Source of the DNA: an uncultured Candidatus Saccharibacteria bacterium
GTDB taxonomy: Bacteria > Patescibacteriota > Dojkabacteria > GCA-002793355
Reading direction: 5' to 3'
Assembly (NCBI GenBank): GCA_964525295.1
Contig: CAZGEO010000001.1
Coordinates: forward strand, 572,314-636,313
DNA length: 64,000 bases
Shown one piece after another: positions 46,758 through 57,961 of this stretch (positions are counted from its first letter, which is position 1; the number at the start of each line of letters is the position of its first letter). Below the pieces are notes generated by a model. It did not search any database and was not told where the DNA came from. It saw only the letters and a program-made list of their open reading frames with translations. A program made the position numbers and the translations under genes.

Positions 46758-47603
46758 CTAAATTCTGGAGAGAATCCCAACTTTAGGGGATTTTGTTAAG
46801 CCTTCTTGGGTCAAATCTGATGCAACTTTGTTAATAATCTCACTGGAATAACCTACTAAGTTGATGTTTTTTAGCTTTATTGAACCTTTTGTAAGAACTT
46901 CTCGAAGAAGAAAACCTCGAACATATCGCTCTGAACCTTTGAAAGGTTTCTGTTTCGTGTATCCTTTTTGCTTATGAAAATAATCGTGACCTTCAGATTT
47001 CAGGAAGTTTCCGTAATCCATTAGGGCATAATACCATTCTCTTGGGCCTTTTTCGGCTGATGTCGGTGAAAGTTGTATCGCTAATCGCGATAGTATTTGC
47101 TTTATTTCTTTATCAGAAACTTGGGCGTTGTCGGCGAAAAAATGATGAATAATAACGGTTCGAATGTTAGTCTCGACAACGATCGTTGGTTGATTGTAGG
47201 CGAACGCCAGAATGGCGTTCGCCGTATATTCTCCAACACCAGGTAATTTCCGCAATTCTTTTTCATTAAGTGAAAACTCTTTCTTGTTTGGAATTGAAAA
47301 TTGAGAATCAAGAATTACTAACTGTTTTGCAGCTTGCTGCAAAAACTTTGCTCGACGGTTATATCCAAGGCCACTCCACGCTAAAAGTACTTCGCTTAAT
47401 GGGGCATTCGCGAGTGTCTCTGGAGAGGGAAATTGTTGCATCCAACTTTGGTATTTTGGTAAAACTCTATGAGTTTGAGTTTGTTGCAACATAATTTCAG
47501 ATACAAGAATTTCATACAAATTGTGAGTTTCTCTCCAAGGAAATGAACGCCGATTTTTCTGGTGAAAATCCCAAATGAGCGTAATGAAATCGGCATCTGA
47601 CAT
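46758..47603 (-). CDS. HhH-GPD base-excision glycosylase (MutY/Nth-like, no Fe-S cluster cysteines seen)
   Basis: EILVSEIMLQQTQ, HhH (LRKLPGVGEYTANAILAFAYN), catalytic Asp region. No C-x6-C-x2-C-x5-C motif. Confidence 0.65.
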   Translation of the reverse strand: MSDADFITLIWDFHQKNRRSFPWRETHNLYEILVSEIMLQQTQTHRVLPKYQSWMQQFPSPETLANAPLSEVLLAWSGLGYNRRAKFLQQAAKQLVILDSQFSIPNKKEFSLNEKELRKLPGVGEYTANAILAFAYNQPTIVVETNIRTVIIHHFFADNAQVSDKEIKQILSRLAIQLSPTSAEKGPREWYYALMDYGNFLKSEGHDYFHKQKGYTKQKPFKGSERYVRGFLLREVLTKGSIKLKNINLVGYSSEIINKVASDLTQEGLTKSPKVGILSRI

Positions 47604-47636
47604 GACAGATTATAGCAAACTAGGGTATAATTCTTT

Positions 47637-47903
47637 ATGAAAAAGAAAACTGCCACAAAAAGCTCAAACGCAACATACGAAGAATCATTCAGCGGTAAAG
47701 CCTCTGAATTGATTGAACGATTGAAAGAAATTATTGCCGAAGGGAATGCCCGACAAATTGTAGTTGAAGATAAGTCAGGTAAGGTACTTTTTACCATTCC
47801 TGTAACTTTTGGTATCTTTGGCGCACTAATTGCTCCTGGGCTTGCAGCCTTAGGTGCAGTCGCAGCAGTAGTTGCGGAATGCACTATTAGAGTAGAAAAA
47901 TAA
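47637..47903 (+). CDS. DUF4342 domain protein
   Basis: EESFSGKASELIERLKEIIAEGNARQIVVEDKSGKVLFTIPVTFGIFGALIAPGLAALGAVAAVVAECTIRVEK matches the DUF4342 pattern. Confidence 0.55.
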   Translation: MKKKTATKSSNATYEESFSGKASELIERLKEIIAEGNARQIVVEDKSGKVLFTIPVTFGIFGALIAPGLAALGAVAAVVAECTIRVEK

Positions 47904-48733
47904 TGATTCTTTCAGACAATAAAGAAGCTCAGAGGAAATCATCGACAGCCAATATCACTGATTCTTTACCATACGCTGAGCGTCAGGGAGTTTTGTTTGC
48001 ACTGTCGCCAATTTCTCGAGAAATTCCACATTTTGAGCTAGATTTCACAAAATTAGAAACTAGTGTTCGTAGTGCCTTTAATTCAGCTATTCCCGAAACT
48101 TTAAAGAGAACTAAAGAATTCGCTGGTCAAGGAGGCGTGAATTCCTTGATGAAAACGATACTTTTGTTCGAATCGGAGAATGTTCTTGGAAGTCAGTTAA
48201 TTCATGAAGATGTAATAAAAGCGAAACTCTCAAGCCTAATAGCTGGCAAAAAGAATTGTCGAGGCGAATTTTTAATACAAGAGTCATCAAATGAGAGTTT
48301 GACTCGAGTCGTTAATTATTTAACGAATATATATCTTCAAATACATCCAATTTCTGCAGAAAATCTGAAAATTTTACCTCTTTCAGAAAGTAGAGACAGT
48401 TCTCAAAGAATTATCGAACATAGAAAAAATATCGAATCAGTGATTATTTTGTACTTACGCACAAAGTCAAACGAATTTAAAGTCATGAAAAATACGGGTT
48501 TGCCTTATACTGTAGGTGAAATAGAACAAATGCTCGAAGAAATTAAAGAAAATGATCCAATCGAATTGCTGAATCCACCACAAGATTTCTCACTTGCCGA
48601 ATATTTACAGAAACAATATCAGAACAAAATTGAAAATTTCTACACAATGCGTAACCGTGCAACTCGCAGAGTTCGGCAGATGCTTCAAAAAGCACCAGAT
48701 GACGAAGATTTATTGCACGATGATCTGTATTGA
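47903..48733 (+). CDS. Hypothetical protein, translationally coupled (TAATG) to the DUF4342 gene
   Basis: 276-aa ORF; no motif recognised. Confidence 0.4.
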   Translation: MILSDNKEAQRKSSTANITDSLPYAERQGVLFALSPISREIPHFELDFTKLETSVRSAFNSAIPETLKRTKEFAGQGGVNSLMKTILLFESENVLGSQLIHEDVIKAKLSSLIAGKKNCRGEFLIQESSNESLTRVVNYLTNIYLQIHPISAENLKILPLSESRDSSQRIIEHRKNIESVIILYLRTKSNEFKVMKNTGLPYTVGEIEQMLEEIKENDPIELLNPPQDFSLAEYLQKQYQNKIENFYTMRNRATRRVRQMLQKAPDDEDLLHDDLY

Positions 48734-48740
48734 TTTTACA

Positions 48741-49074
48741 GCGCTGAATCTGAGCATCTGAAAGAGGTTGCCGTTGTCTCATGAGTAGGGCTAAAACGTT
48801 GCAGATTCAAGAGAAACAGAGGGCCTTATGAGCTAAATCAATACGCGGGAAATTCTAGGCAAAGGTGAATCTCGCAACGAGTTGTACGACTATATTGCGA
48901 GTGCGGAACACAACCACTAACGCTGAATCTGAAAGTTTTTGCCGTTATTTCGTGAGTAGGGTTAAAACGCGGCGGATTCAAAGAGTCAGCGAGTATCGGA
49001 ATGAGTTGTACATCTGTACTACGAATGAGTAACACAGCTGACGACGAAGAATCCACCCGTTATAGCCCACGAAC

Positions 49075-49075
<1 letters not shown>
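48741..49075. repeat. Two imperfect tandem copies of an about 180-bp unit between convergent genes (downstream of groEL)
   Basis: CGCTGAATCTGA...GCCGTTGTCTCATGAGTAGGGCTAAAACGTTGCAGATTCAAGAG (48742..) vs CGCTGAATCTGA...GCCGTTATTTCGTGAGTAGGGTTAAAACGCGGCGGATTCAAAGAG (48921..); downstream GAGTTGTAC shared. Confidence 0.5.
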
Positions 49076-50736
<1,661 letters not shown>

Positions 50737-50747
50737 CTAGAGTTTTA

Positions 50748-50774
50748 TTAGCAGTCACCAAGTTAGTTTGCTAA
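50748..50774. promoter_or_regulatory. CIRCE-like inverted repeat (TTAGCAGTC-N9-GTTTGCTAA) upstream of groEL
   Basis: Resembles the HrcA operator TTAGCACTC-N9-GAGTGCTAA with three mismatches; lies 45-70 nt upstream of the groEL start. Confidence 0.4.
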
Positions 50775-50843
50775 AAGATTATAGGGAGGGGAGGGATGGA
50801 TGTCAAGAGACGGGGCTTTGCGTTCAAAAATTGTTAAACTCCA

Positions 50844-51803
50844 TTATAAATCGCCTATTGCTTTCATTATCTCAACCGCAACATCTCTTTTTGCAGCTTT
50901 TTCTTCTTTGTAATGAATTCTCATGCCAGGGTCAACGTTGGTTTCGATAATATATGCTTCTGCTCCGGGTTTATCAATGTATGGGGAGATAATGTCGATT
51001 CCTGCAAGTCTAAAGCCAGCTATTTTTGTTGCTGTAACAGCCAAATCTTTGTAACTTTGGTCACATTCGTCGGTCACATCTGCAACTGTACCACCAAGTG
51101 ATAAATTCGCGGTTAATCGTAAATAAACTTCAACTTCTTTTGGTAAAACATCATTTGGTTTGTAACCTTGCGCTTCGACAATACTCCAAGTGTACGTATT
51201 CATTGGTACTTGAGGCAATCCTTTAGCATGATTCTCCATATTGTAATCGTCGATTAGTGTTCTCACTTTGGTTTGTCCATCGCCTTTGATTAGTGGTGGA
51301 TTGCGCAGCGAAACTGCAAGAACTTTGCCATCGAGAACGAGAAAACGATAATTTTTTCCTACAACGAATTTTTCTGCGATAACCTTTTTTGATATTTTGT
51401 GTGCGCGGTTAAGTGACTCGGGTAATTCATTTTCTTTCGGCAAAACGGTGATTCCTTTTCCGCCATGACCATCAATCGGTTTAACTACGATTTGCTTGTA
51501 GGTTCTGTGAAAGAGTTCTAAACTTTGCAGATCTTTGATTTTTGTTTGTGGAGGAGTCGGCAGGCCTGCCTTGCTTAATGTTAACGTCGTATCACGTTTG
51601 TTTTTTGATAATAAAGCCTGTGGAACTAAATTAAGCGGTGTTGCTGCTTTGTAGCAGAGTACTTCTTTTCCAGATTTTGTGCGAATCCAGAGTGCGTGGT
51701 TGTTGAGTGACAATCTGTACGGAAGCTTTAGCTTTTCGCAGGCTGAAACATAAATTCGTGTGTGAACATTCGGGATTCTAGCGGGAGTTTCTGTGCTTTC
51801 CAT
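50844..51803 (-). CDS. ATP-grasp domain protein (RimK/GshB-like ligase)
   Basis: VVKPIDGHGGKGITV, a FLVLDGKVLAV strand and YIIETNVDPGM C-terminal region in ATP-grasp order. Confidence 0.55.
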   Translation of the reverse strand: MESTETPARIPNVHTRIYVSACEKLKLPYRLSLNNHALWIRTKSGKEVLCYKAATPLNLVPQALLSKNKRDTTLTLSKAGLPTPPQTKIKDLQSLELFHRTYKQIVVKPIDGHGGKGITVLPKENELPESLNRAHKISKKVIAEKFVVGKNYRFLVLDGKVLAVSLRNPPLIKGDGQTKVRTLIDDYNMENHAKGLPQVPMNTYTWSIVEAQGYKPNDVLPKEVEVYLRLTANLSLGGTVADVTDECDQSYKDLAVTATKIAGFRLAGIDIISPYIDKPGAEAYIIETNVDPGMRIHYKEEKAAKRDVAVEIMKAIGDL

Positions 51804-51883
51804 ATTGAATTATACCAATTAAAGCAATAAAGCGCTAAAGTAGTGAAACATTAAAGTATTGTGGCTTTAGGGGCTTTATCTCT

Positions 51884-52999
51884 TTATTGCTTTAAATTCT
51901 CTAAGAATTTCAAGTACCACCAAACATTGTGTAGCGAGGCGAGTGTATAACCAACAGGATTTTTCTTTTTCATGAGAAATCGAAGGTAGGCGCGGGTGTA
52001 ATTCTTGCAGACGGGACAATCGCAATTCTTGTCGATTGGTCCAAGATCGGTTTCATACTTTTGTGAAGTTATTCTTACTAAATCAAAGGTTCTACCGGCT
52101 TTTTCAGCGGTTCCAGGGGTAACGAAAAGTGAGCCATGTCGCGCGTTTCGCGTTGGGATAACGCAGTCAAAAATGGTCATTCCGATTTTGTAACAAGTTT
52201 CGATATCGTCAGGAGTGCCAACGCCCATACCGTAGGTTATTGCAGTTTCGGGCACTGATTTGACAAATGCTTCGGCAATTTTTGTGTTGAATACGCCATT
52301 TTCATCCATTGGCCAACCACCAAAACCGTATAAATCGAAGCCAATTGCTGCCAATTGTCTGCCTGATTCTGCGCGGAGTTCCGGGTCGTTTCCTCCCTGT
52401 ACAACAGCTCCAAGAAGTGGCCGCTCAATTTTCAATTCATAATTTTCACTAGTTGTTGGCAGTTGAGAATTGGCAATTGATAATTGCGTTAGCTTTTCAA
52501 ACTCTCTCTTTGCGCGCTCAGCCCATCTTGTTGTCTGTTCCATTGCTGCAAGGGTAGTTTTGCGGTCCTCTGTGCCCATGAGTGGAACGTCTAGAACCAT
52601 TCGAATGTCGCTGCCGATTGTATGCTGAATTTGCTGTGACAATTCTGGTGTTAAGGTTGTTTTCTGTTTTCCGTTTTTGGTTAAGCGGAAAACGGCTCCT
52701 TCTTCAGTAACTTTTCCAAGTTTATGTTTGTGAATCAGTGAAAGAACTTGGAATCCGCCGCTGTCGCTAAGAATTACTGTTTCATCTGGCAAATTTGCCA
52801 TTTCGCGGTAAGTCGTTGTTTCGGCAAATTTGCCGAGTTCTTCAATCATCCCAATTAACTTCATGTGAAGTGTTGTCACAACGATTCCGGGAAGCTTTTC
52901 GCGAATTTCATGAAAGGGCAGGCTGTGAATAGCTGCATAAGTTGCGTCAGGAAAAAAAGTGGGAAGTTTTAGTATTTTTGGAATAAATTCTGAAGACAC
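51884..52999 (-). CDS. tgt: Queuine tRNA-ribosyltransferase (tRNA-guanine transglycosylase)
   Basis: DSGGFQ, LGVGTPDD/GMTIFDCVIPTRNARHG, zinc site CDCPVCKNYTRAYLRHL-like. Confidence 0.9.
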   Translation of the reverse strand: MSSEFIPKILKLPTFFPDATYAAIHSLPFHEIREKLPGIVVTTLHMKLIGMIEELGKFAETTTYREMANLPDETVILSDSGGFQVLSLIHKHKLGKVTEEGAVFRLTKNGKQKTTLTPELSQQIQHTIGSDIRMVLDVPLMGTEDRKTTLAAMEQTTRWAERAKREFEKLTQLSIANSQLPTTSENYELKIERPLLGAVVQGGNDPELRAESGRQLAAIGFDLYGFGGWPMDENGVFNTKIAEAFVKSVPETAITYGMGVGTPDDIETCYKIGMTIFDCVIPTRNARHGSLFVTPGTAEKAGRTFDLVRITSQKYETDLGPIDKNCDCPVCKNYTRAYLRFLMKKKNPVGYTLASLHNVWWYLKFLENLKQ

Positions 53000-53050
53000 G
53001 TCGTTAGTTATTAATATTTAGTAAATAGCGGCAATAATTGAAAATTAAGA

Positions 53051-53075
53051 ATTGATAATTAACAATTAATTTCAC
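53051..53075. repeat. 25-nt element ATTGATAATTAACAATTAATTTCAC abutting a stop codon (identical copy at 32272..32296)
   Basis: Exact identity with the copy at 32272..32296; preceded by AATTGAAAATT, which also recurs elsewhere. Confidence 0.6.
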
Positions 53076-53437
53076 TTTCCCTCAATTGCCTCAACTATCT
53101 CTGCGAAATTCTTCGCTTTAAGAATTTTTTTTCTTGCTGCAAGTAACTCATCGGAAGTAAGTGGCCCTAAGGTATAGTAAGTTTTAAGCAATTCTGGGGC
53201 AATATCTAAACGCATTGGAATCTTTTTTGTCATTTGTAGGGGCTTTATAACATGTGCCATATAGATACCCTTGCAATTATCGCACTGCGCCTGTATAATG
53301 ACCGAGGCGTTTGATTCGCTAACGATATCTATATTATCGGTCTTATAAGCAGTGCCACATTTATCACAAAACTTCGAAACATTCTCAATGAAAAAGAATC
53401 GTAACGATTCAAGGTTGTTGCCAATAGTATTCTCCAT
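53072..53437 (-). CDS. Hypothetical zinc-ribbon protein
   Basis: CDKCG...CDNCKG Cys pairs. Divergent from rpoD with only a 21-nt spacer. Confidence 0.4.
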   Translation of the reverse strand: MENTIGNNLESLRFFFIENVSKFCDKCGTAYKTDNIDIVSESNASVIIQAQCDNCKGIYMAHVIKPLQMTKKIPMRLDIAPELLKTYYTLGPLTSDELLAARKKILKAKNFAEIVEAIEGK

Positions 53438-53458
53438 AAATTCAATTATAACACGCTA

Positions 53459-54970
53459 ATGAAAGATTTACTTTCACGAAAGAAGGTTCAAGCGCTCTTA
53501 ACGAAGGGCCAAACGCAAGGTTTTTTGACTGAAAGTGATGTTTTGTTAGTGTTTCCTAACCCTGAAGTTGACTTAGAATCACTAGAGCAATTTCTTGCCA
53601 TTCTTGAAAAAGAAAATGTTGAAGTTCTTTATGCTGATGATATGCCTGCAAAACCGGTAAAAATGTCATTAGAAGAGAAGATCAAAATTTTAGAAAGTAT
53701 TCAGGCCTCGGTTACTGGTAACCCACTTCGTTCTTACTTGCAGGAAATTGGAAAAATCCCACTTCTTACACAAGATGAAGAACAGGTTCTTGCCGAAAGA
53801 AAGGACGTTGGCGTAGTAATTGAATACTATCAAATTCTTTTGTTCTTTCAGTCATTTTTTAAGGAACTCATAGAACTGCCAGAAGAGCAGCAAAAAGCAT
53901 GGGTTGAAGTACTCTTAAAACAATTGAAAACCAAGCAACCATTGACGAAACCGTCTGGTGGATTGAGTTTCAAGCCTCTTTATACAACAGAATACATGCA
54001 AAATTACGTCGATACCTTCATGGATGAGTTAAAAGAGAAGGGATTGTCAGGCTTTCAAAAGGCAGTTGAATCTGGCTTGCAAAATGAAGAAATTGGAACG
54101 ACTCATGAATCACTTTTGAAACTCGAAAGTGAATGGAATGTTGCAGTTGGGCGATTTAAAGCTGATGTCTTTGCAAAGATACCCAAAATTACGCAGAAAG
54201 CTGAACGTGAAATGAATAAATTCCTGATTGAAGGCAATAAAGCAAAAGATTTATTGACGTTAGCAAACCTTCGTTTGGTCGTTAGTGTCGCAAAAAGATA
54301 TGCTCGAAAAGGGCTCGATTTTCTCGATTTGATTCAGGAAGGCAATATTGGCTTAATGAAGGCAGTTAACAAATTCGATCGTAGAAAAGGTTTCAAATTT
54401 TCAACGTATGCTACTTGGTGGATTCGTCAATCTATTACTCGTGCGATCGCCGACCAAGGTCGAACAATCCGTATTCCGGTACACATGCACGAAACAATTA
54501 ACAAGCTTCGTAAAGTTAAGACTCAGCTTGCCTCAAAGCTTGGGCGAACACCAACAGTCCCAGAGCTCGCCCGCGCCATGGAAATGGATCGCGAAAAGCT
54601 CGAATATATTGACCAAATTTCGCAGTATCCAACCTCATTAACAGGTGAACGATCCTCGTCAAGTAACGATGAAGAAGATGTACAGTTAGCTGAAATTGTC
54701 GCAGATACCAAGATTGAAGGTCCTGAAGAAGAAGCTGCTCGTGAAATTTTACACAAGGAACTAATTGATTTGCTTAAAGAACTTCCTGAACGAGAACGTA
54801 GAGTATTAGAACTACGTTTTGGTTTAGCCGATGGCGTTGTTAGAACGCTTGAAGAAGTGGGTAAAGAATTCAAAGTAACTCGCGAAAGAATTCGACAAAT
54901 AGAGGCAAAGGCGTTGTATAGACTCCGTGAAATTGCAGAAGAGAAGAGGCTTTCGACGTACATTCATTAA
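53459..54970 (+). CDS. rpoD: RNA polymerase primary sigma factor (sigma-70)
   Basis: Region 2 ([62 protein letters not shown]), region 3 and region 4 ([15 protein letters not shown]) present. Confidence 0.9.
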   Translation: MKDLLSRKKVQALLTKGQTQGFLTESDVLLVFPNPEVDLESLEQFLAILEKENVEVLYADDMPAKPVKMSLEEKIKILESIQASVTGNPLRSYLQEIGKIPLLTQDEEQVLAERKDVGVVIEYYQILLFFQSFFKELIELPEEQQKAWVEVLLKQLKTKQPLTKPSGGLSFKPLYTTEYMQNYVDTFMDELKEKGLSGFQKAVESGLQNEEIGTTHESLLKLESEWNVAVGRFKADVFAKIPKITQKAEREMNKFLIEGNKAKDLLTLANLRLVVSVAKRYARKGLDFLDLIQEGNIGLMKAVNKFDRRKGFKFSTYATWWIRQSITRAIADQGRTIRIPVHMHETINKLRKVKTQLASKLGRTPTVPELARAMEMDREKLEYIDQISQYPTSLTGERSSSSNDEEDVQLAEIVADTKIEGPEEEAAREILHKELIDLLKELPERERRVLELRFGLADGVVRTLEEVGKEFKVTRERIRQIEAKALYRLREIAEEKRLSTYIH

Positions 54971-55062
54971 TAATTACTAATTATTAATTTTCAATTGTGA
55001 AGTATATTGTTGTTGCGTCAAAGTTTCGTACATAATGATAATTGTTAATTGAAAATTATCAA

Positions 55063-55335
55063 TTATTGTGGTGTTGGTGTGGGAATTGTGATCTCGATGC
55101 TCTCTGTTTGTCCGTTGGCGAATTGTTCTCTAGTGATAATCAGGTATTTTTCTGCTCTTTCTTGAATCTTTGCAAGAAGCTCTTCGTCAAGGCTTGCTGG
55201 TAGTAAATTGATAGAAGTTGCACTAACTCCAGAAGAATCTTGTGCCGGTGAAATAAAAGCAAACAAAATTTGCCCAGCTACAACAACAACTGCGAGAAGT
55301 AACGCAAAGACTATAAAAAATCTTGAACCGTTCAT
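55063..55335 (-). CDS. Hypothetical small membrane-anchored protein (PilP position in pilNO operon)
   Basis: N-terminal TM; overlaps pilO by 4 nt. Confidence 0.35.
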   Translation of the reverse strand: MNGSRFFIVFALLLAVVVVAGQILFAFISPAQDSSGVSATSINLLPASLDEELLAKIQERAEKYLIITREQFANGQTESIEITIPTPTPQ

Positions 55336-55946
55336 GGTGAGGCTGCGGAATTCAGTTTATAAACTAAGATCGTTACAGAAATTGTTGTCTTCGTTGGATC
55401 ATTGGCGTTTGGCGAATATGAGAGACTCAGTATTTCAGGCAAAAATGGTAAATTTTCAAGGTATGTCAAAAATTGATGAATGTTAACGTAGTTTCCTACA
55501 AGTGAAAGTTGGAATGTCGTTGGGTTGAGCCCCTCATATTGCAGATTTTTGTCGGATTCAACCTGTCGGTAATAATTACTAGAAAAAGATACTGCGGTTA
55601 ACCAGAAACCGTGTTTTCGTGCAAGTTCATTGACATTTGTAACAAACAGTGAGTAATCACCATCGTTTGGATAATAAGCGTCGAGCGCTTGCATTTCGTC
55701 TGCTAGTTCATTTTGTTGAGAAACAAGTGTCGTTATTCTGGTATTTTGAGTTTCCATTCGATCGAGTAGAGCTTTCTTTTCAGTATACTTTTTGTTGGTT
55801 TCGATAATGGTGAGTATGGTAGGACGAAAAGAGCCCCACAAGAGGGCAGTTACTAAAACAAGAGTGAGTAAACCTGTTGAGAAAGCTTTTTGTTGGCTTG
55901 TTTGCAAAAGGTCTGCGATATTTCTCGATTTTGCTAGGGTTGCCAT
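55332..55946 (-). CDS. pilO: Type IV pilus assembly protein PilO-like
   Basis: N-terminal TM, coiled-coil (LLDRMETQNTRITTLVSQQNELADEMQAL), and C-terminal domain of PilO size. Immediately follows pilN. Confidence 0.5.
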   Translation of the reverse strand: MATLAKSRNIADLLQTSQQKAFSTGLLTLVLVTALLWGSFRPTILTIIETNKKYTEKKALLDRMETQNTRITTLVSQQNELADEMQALDAYYPNDGDYSLFVTNVNELARKHGFWLTAVSFSSNYYRQVESDKNLQYEGLNPTTFQLSLVGNYVNIHQFLTYLENLPFLPEILSLSYSPNANDPTKTTISVTILVYKLNSAASP

Positions 55947-55947
55947 A

Positions 55948-56490
55948 CTAATTGACCTTTATTTTGAAGTTAACCGAGAAATTGATACCACTACCTGCTG
56001 TCTGGTTTGCAGAAACAGTGACGTTACTAAAGGTTTCTGTAGCGCTTTTTAAGTTGTTTTCTAGCTGTAGAAGGGTGTCGTATGAAGTTACCTGCCCAGA
56101 CATTGCAGAAGAACTAATATCAAGGGTTACTGTGCGAACGTTTACTCCAGGAGGGATAAGTGACTGCAACTGAGTATAGTAATAAGCAAGTGAAAATGAA
56201 TCATTTTCTAATTCATTGAGCGATTTCATACCTACAATTAGTTCGCGTACGCGAGCCTCTTCAGGCGCTCTTTGGTCGAGTAATTCTTTTTGGGCTTCAA
56301 TTTCACTATCTAATGCCGAAATTTGGCTGTCAAGAACGAATCTGTAGGCAATGGCGCCGAGAACAATAAGTTCAGTTATGATAATGATGTATTTGGCTGT
56401 ATTTGCAGTCCACGCGTAGATACGATCCCACTGACTTTGTGGGCGTATTTCTGCAGTTAACAAATTGATAGACTTTTTCGGGGCAGCCAT
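55948..56490 (-). CDS. pilN: Type IV pilus assembly protein PilN-like
   Basis: Conserved N-terminal INLL motif (KSINLLTAEI), one TM, coiled-coil periplasmic domain. Confidence 0.55.
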   Translation of the reverse strand: MAAPKKSINLLTAEIRPQSQWDRIYAWTANTAKYIIIITELIVLGAIAYRFVLDSQISALDSEIEAQKELLDQRAPEEARVRELIVGMKSLNELENDSFSLAYYYTQLQSLIPPGVNVRTVTLDISSSAMSGQVTSYDTLLQLENNLKSATETFSNVTVSANQTAGSGINFSVNFKIKVN

Positions 56491-56557
56491 ATTTACGCAA
56501 GTATAGCATGCAATTTAGGTAATTGTTAATGCTAGGTAAAGAAGGTATAATAAATGT

Positions 56558-56884
56558 ATGACAGATTGCATCTTTTGTAAATTTGCCAAAGGAGAAGTAC
56601 CAGTTTCTTTCGTCTGGGAAAATGATGAATTTTACTGCATAAATGATAAGTATCCTTCTGCGCCGATTCATCTTTTAGTCATTCCTAAAAATCATGTTGA
56701 TAAAATGACTGATACATTGGTTACTCGAGATAGTGAATTCTGGAAACGATATATGGATGCCGTTTTCATGGTAATTTCAAGTCAAGGTTTAGATAAAAAA
56801 GGGTATCAAATAGTAAATTTTGGTGCCGGTGAACAAGCAATTGATCACGAACATATTCATATAAAAAGTGGAGCAAAACAATGA
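56558..56884 (+). CDS. HIT family (histidine triad) hydrolase
   Basis: HLLVIPKNHV and histidine triad DHEHIHI. Confidence 0.85.
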   Translation: MTDCIFCKFAKGEVPVSFVWENDEFYCINDKYPSAPIHLLVIPKNHVDKMTDTLVTRDSEFWKRYMDAVFMVISSQGLDKKGYQIVNFGAGEQAIDHEHIHIKSGAKQ

Positions 56885-57960
56885 AAAAATTATTAGAAAA
56901 AAATCCGCCAAAAGTAGAAAATAAATTCTATTTTTATGCATTTCTGTTTGTAACTTTTGTGCTTGGCGCATTAGTTTTATGGCCGGTAAAAGACTTAGTC
57001 ATGATCGCTTGGGTAGTTGTGACACTTTTTCGCCCAATTTATGTCTTTTTTGAAAAGAAACTGCCAAAAGCTCGTTGGCTCGCAACATTAATTGCGGTTA
57101 TTTCGGTGCTTTTTACAGTCTTGGTGCCACTTTCAATTTTCGTAAATATGACCGTATCTCAATTTAGTATCTTCTACCAAGATATTAATAAGTTTTTGGC
57201 TGGTGGTACTTCCGTTTATGATGTTACCGTTTCGTTATTCGAGCAAATTAATGCGATTTTTGCGAAGATTCCATATTTTGAATATCGACTAACTATCGAT
57301 AGCGTAAAAATCGCAGTTCAAGAAAATATTGCACCAGTCGCAAATACGGCACTCGATCTCTCAGTAAATATTGGTGTTGGGCTTGCGCAAGGCTTTCCTC
57401 TCGTCATTGTTCTTCTGTATGTGCTTTGGTATGGATTCCCTGATTATGATCGAATGCTTCACTTTGTTAAGCGATTAAGCCCTTTGCCAGCACGTCTTGA
57501 TGCTTTGTATATGGCAAGAATTGTTGCAATGCTTAAGGGTATCGTATCGGGAACTTTTACCATTGCTGCTATTCAAGCTATTGTTGCTGCAATCTCTCTT
57601 TGGATAATTGGGGTACCTTACGTACTTTTCTGGGCAGCACTTATGTTCTTTTTCTCAATTGTACCTTTGGGTACTTCATTTGTGACTGTTCCAATGGCAA
57701 TTGTGAACTTACTAATAGGTAATGTTTGGCAGGCAATATTCATATTCGCGGTGCAGTTTGGTGTTACATCAAATATTGATAATATTTTGAGACCAATGTT
57801 GGTTCCTAAAGAGGCAGATATTCACCCAGTTCTTCTCTTATTGAGTTTTATTGGTGGTATTCAAGTATTCGGCGCAATGGGGCTTTTATATGGACCTTTA
57901 ATTATGGTCATTATGATCACCTCATTTGAAGTTTTTCAACAGTATTTTAAGACTGAATAA
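56881..57960 (+). CDS. AI-2E family transporter (UPF0118/PerM-like)
   Basis: Eight TM helices with the conserved AI-2E topology and motifs (LVIVLLYVLWYGF). Confidence 0.65.
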   Translation: MKKLLEKNPPKVENKFYFYAFLFVTFVLGALVLWPVKDLVMIAWVVVTLFRPIYVFFEKKLPKARWLATLIAVISVLFTVLVPLSIFVNMTVSQFSIFYQDINKFLAGGTSVYDVTVSLFEQINAIFAKIPYFEYRLTIDSVKIAVQENIAPVANTALDLSVNIGVGLAQGFPLVIVLLYVLWYGFPDYDRMLHFVKRLSPLPARLDALYMARIVAMLKGIVSGTFTIAAIQAIVAAISLWIIGVPYVLFWAALMFFFSIVPLGTSFVTVPMAIVNLLIGNVWQAIFIFAVQFGVTSNIDNILRPMLVPKEADIHPVLLLLSFIGGIQVFGAMGLLYGPLIMVIMITSFEVFQQYFKTE

Positions 57961-57961
57961 A

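Noticed and set aside
47396-47884. 162-aa minus-strand ORF spanning the mutY-like / DUF4342 junction
   Set aside because: Overlaps two well-supported genes on both sides; Ala/Ser-rich antisense composition.
56372-56671. 99-aa minus-strand ORF upstream of pilN as a possible PilM
   Set aside because: Too small; overlaps the HIT gene on the other strand; no actin-like ATPase motifs.
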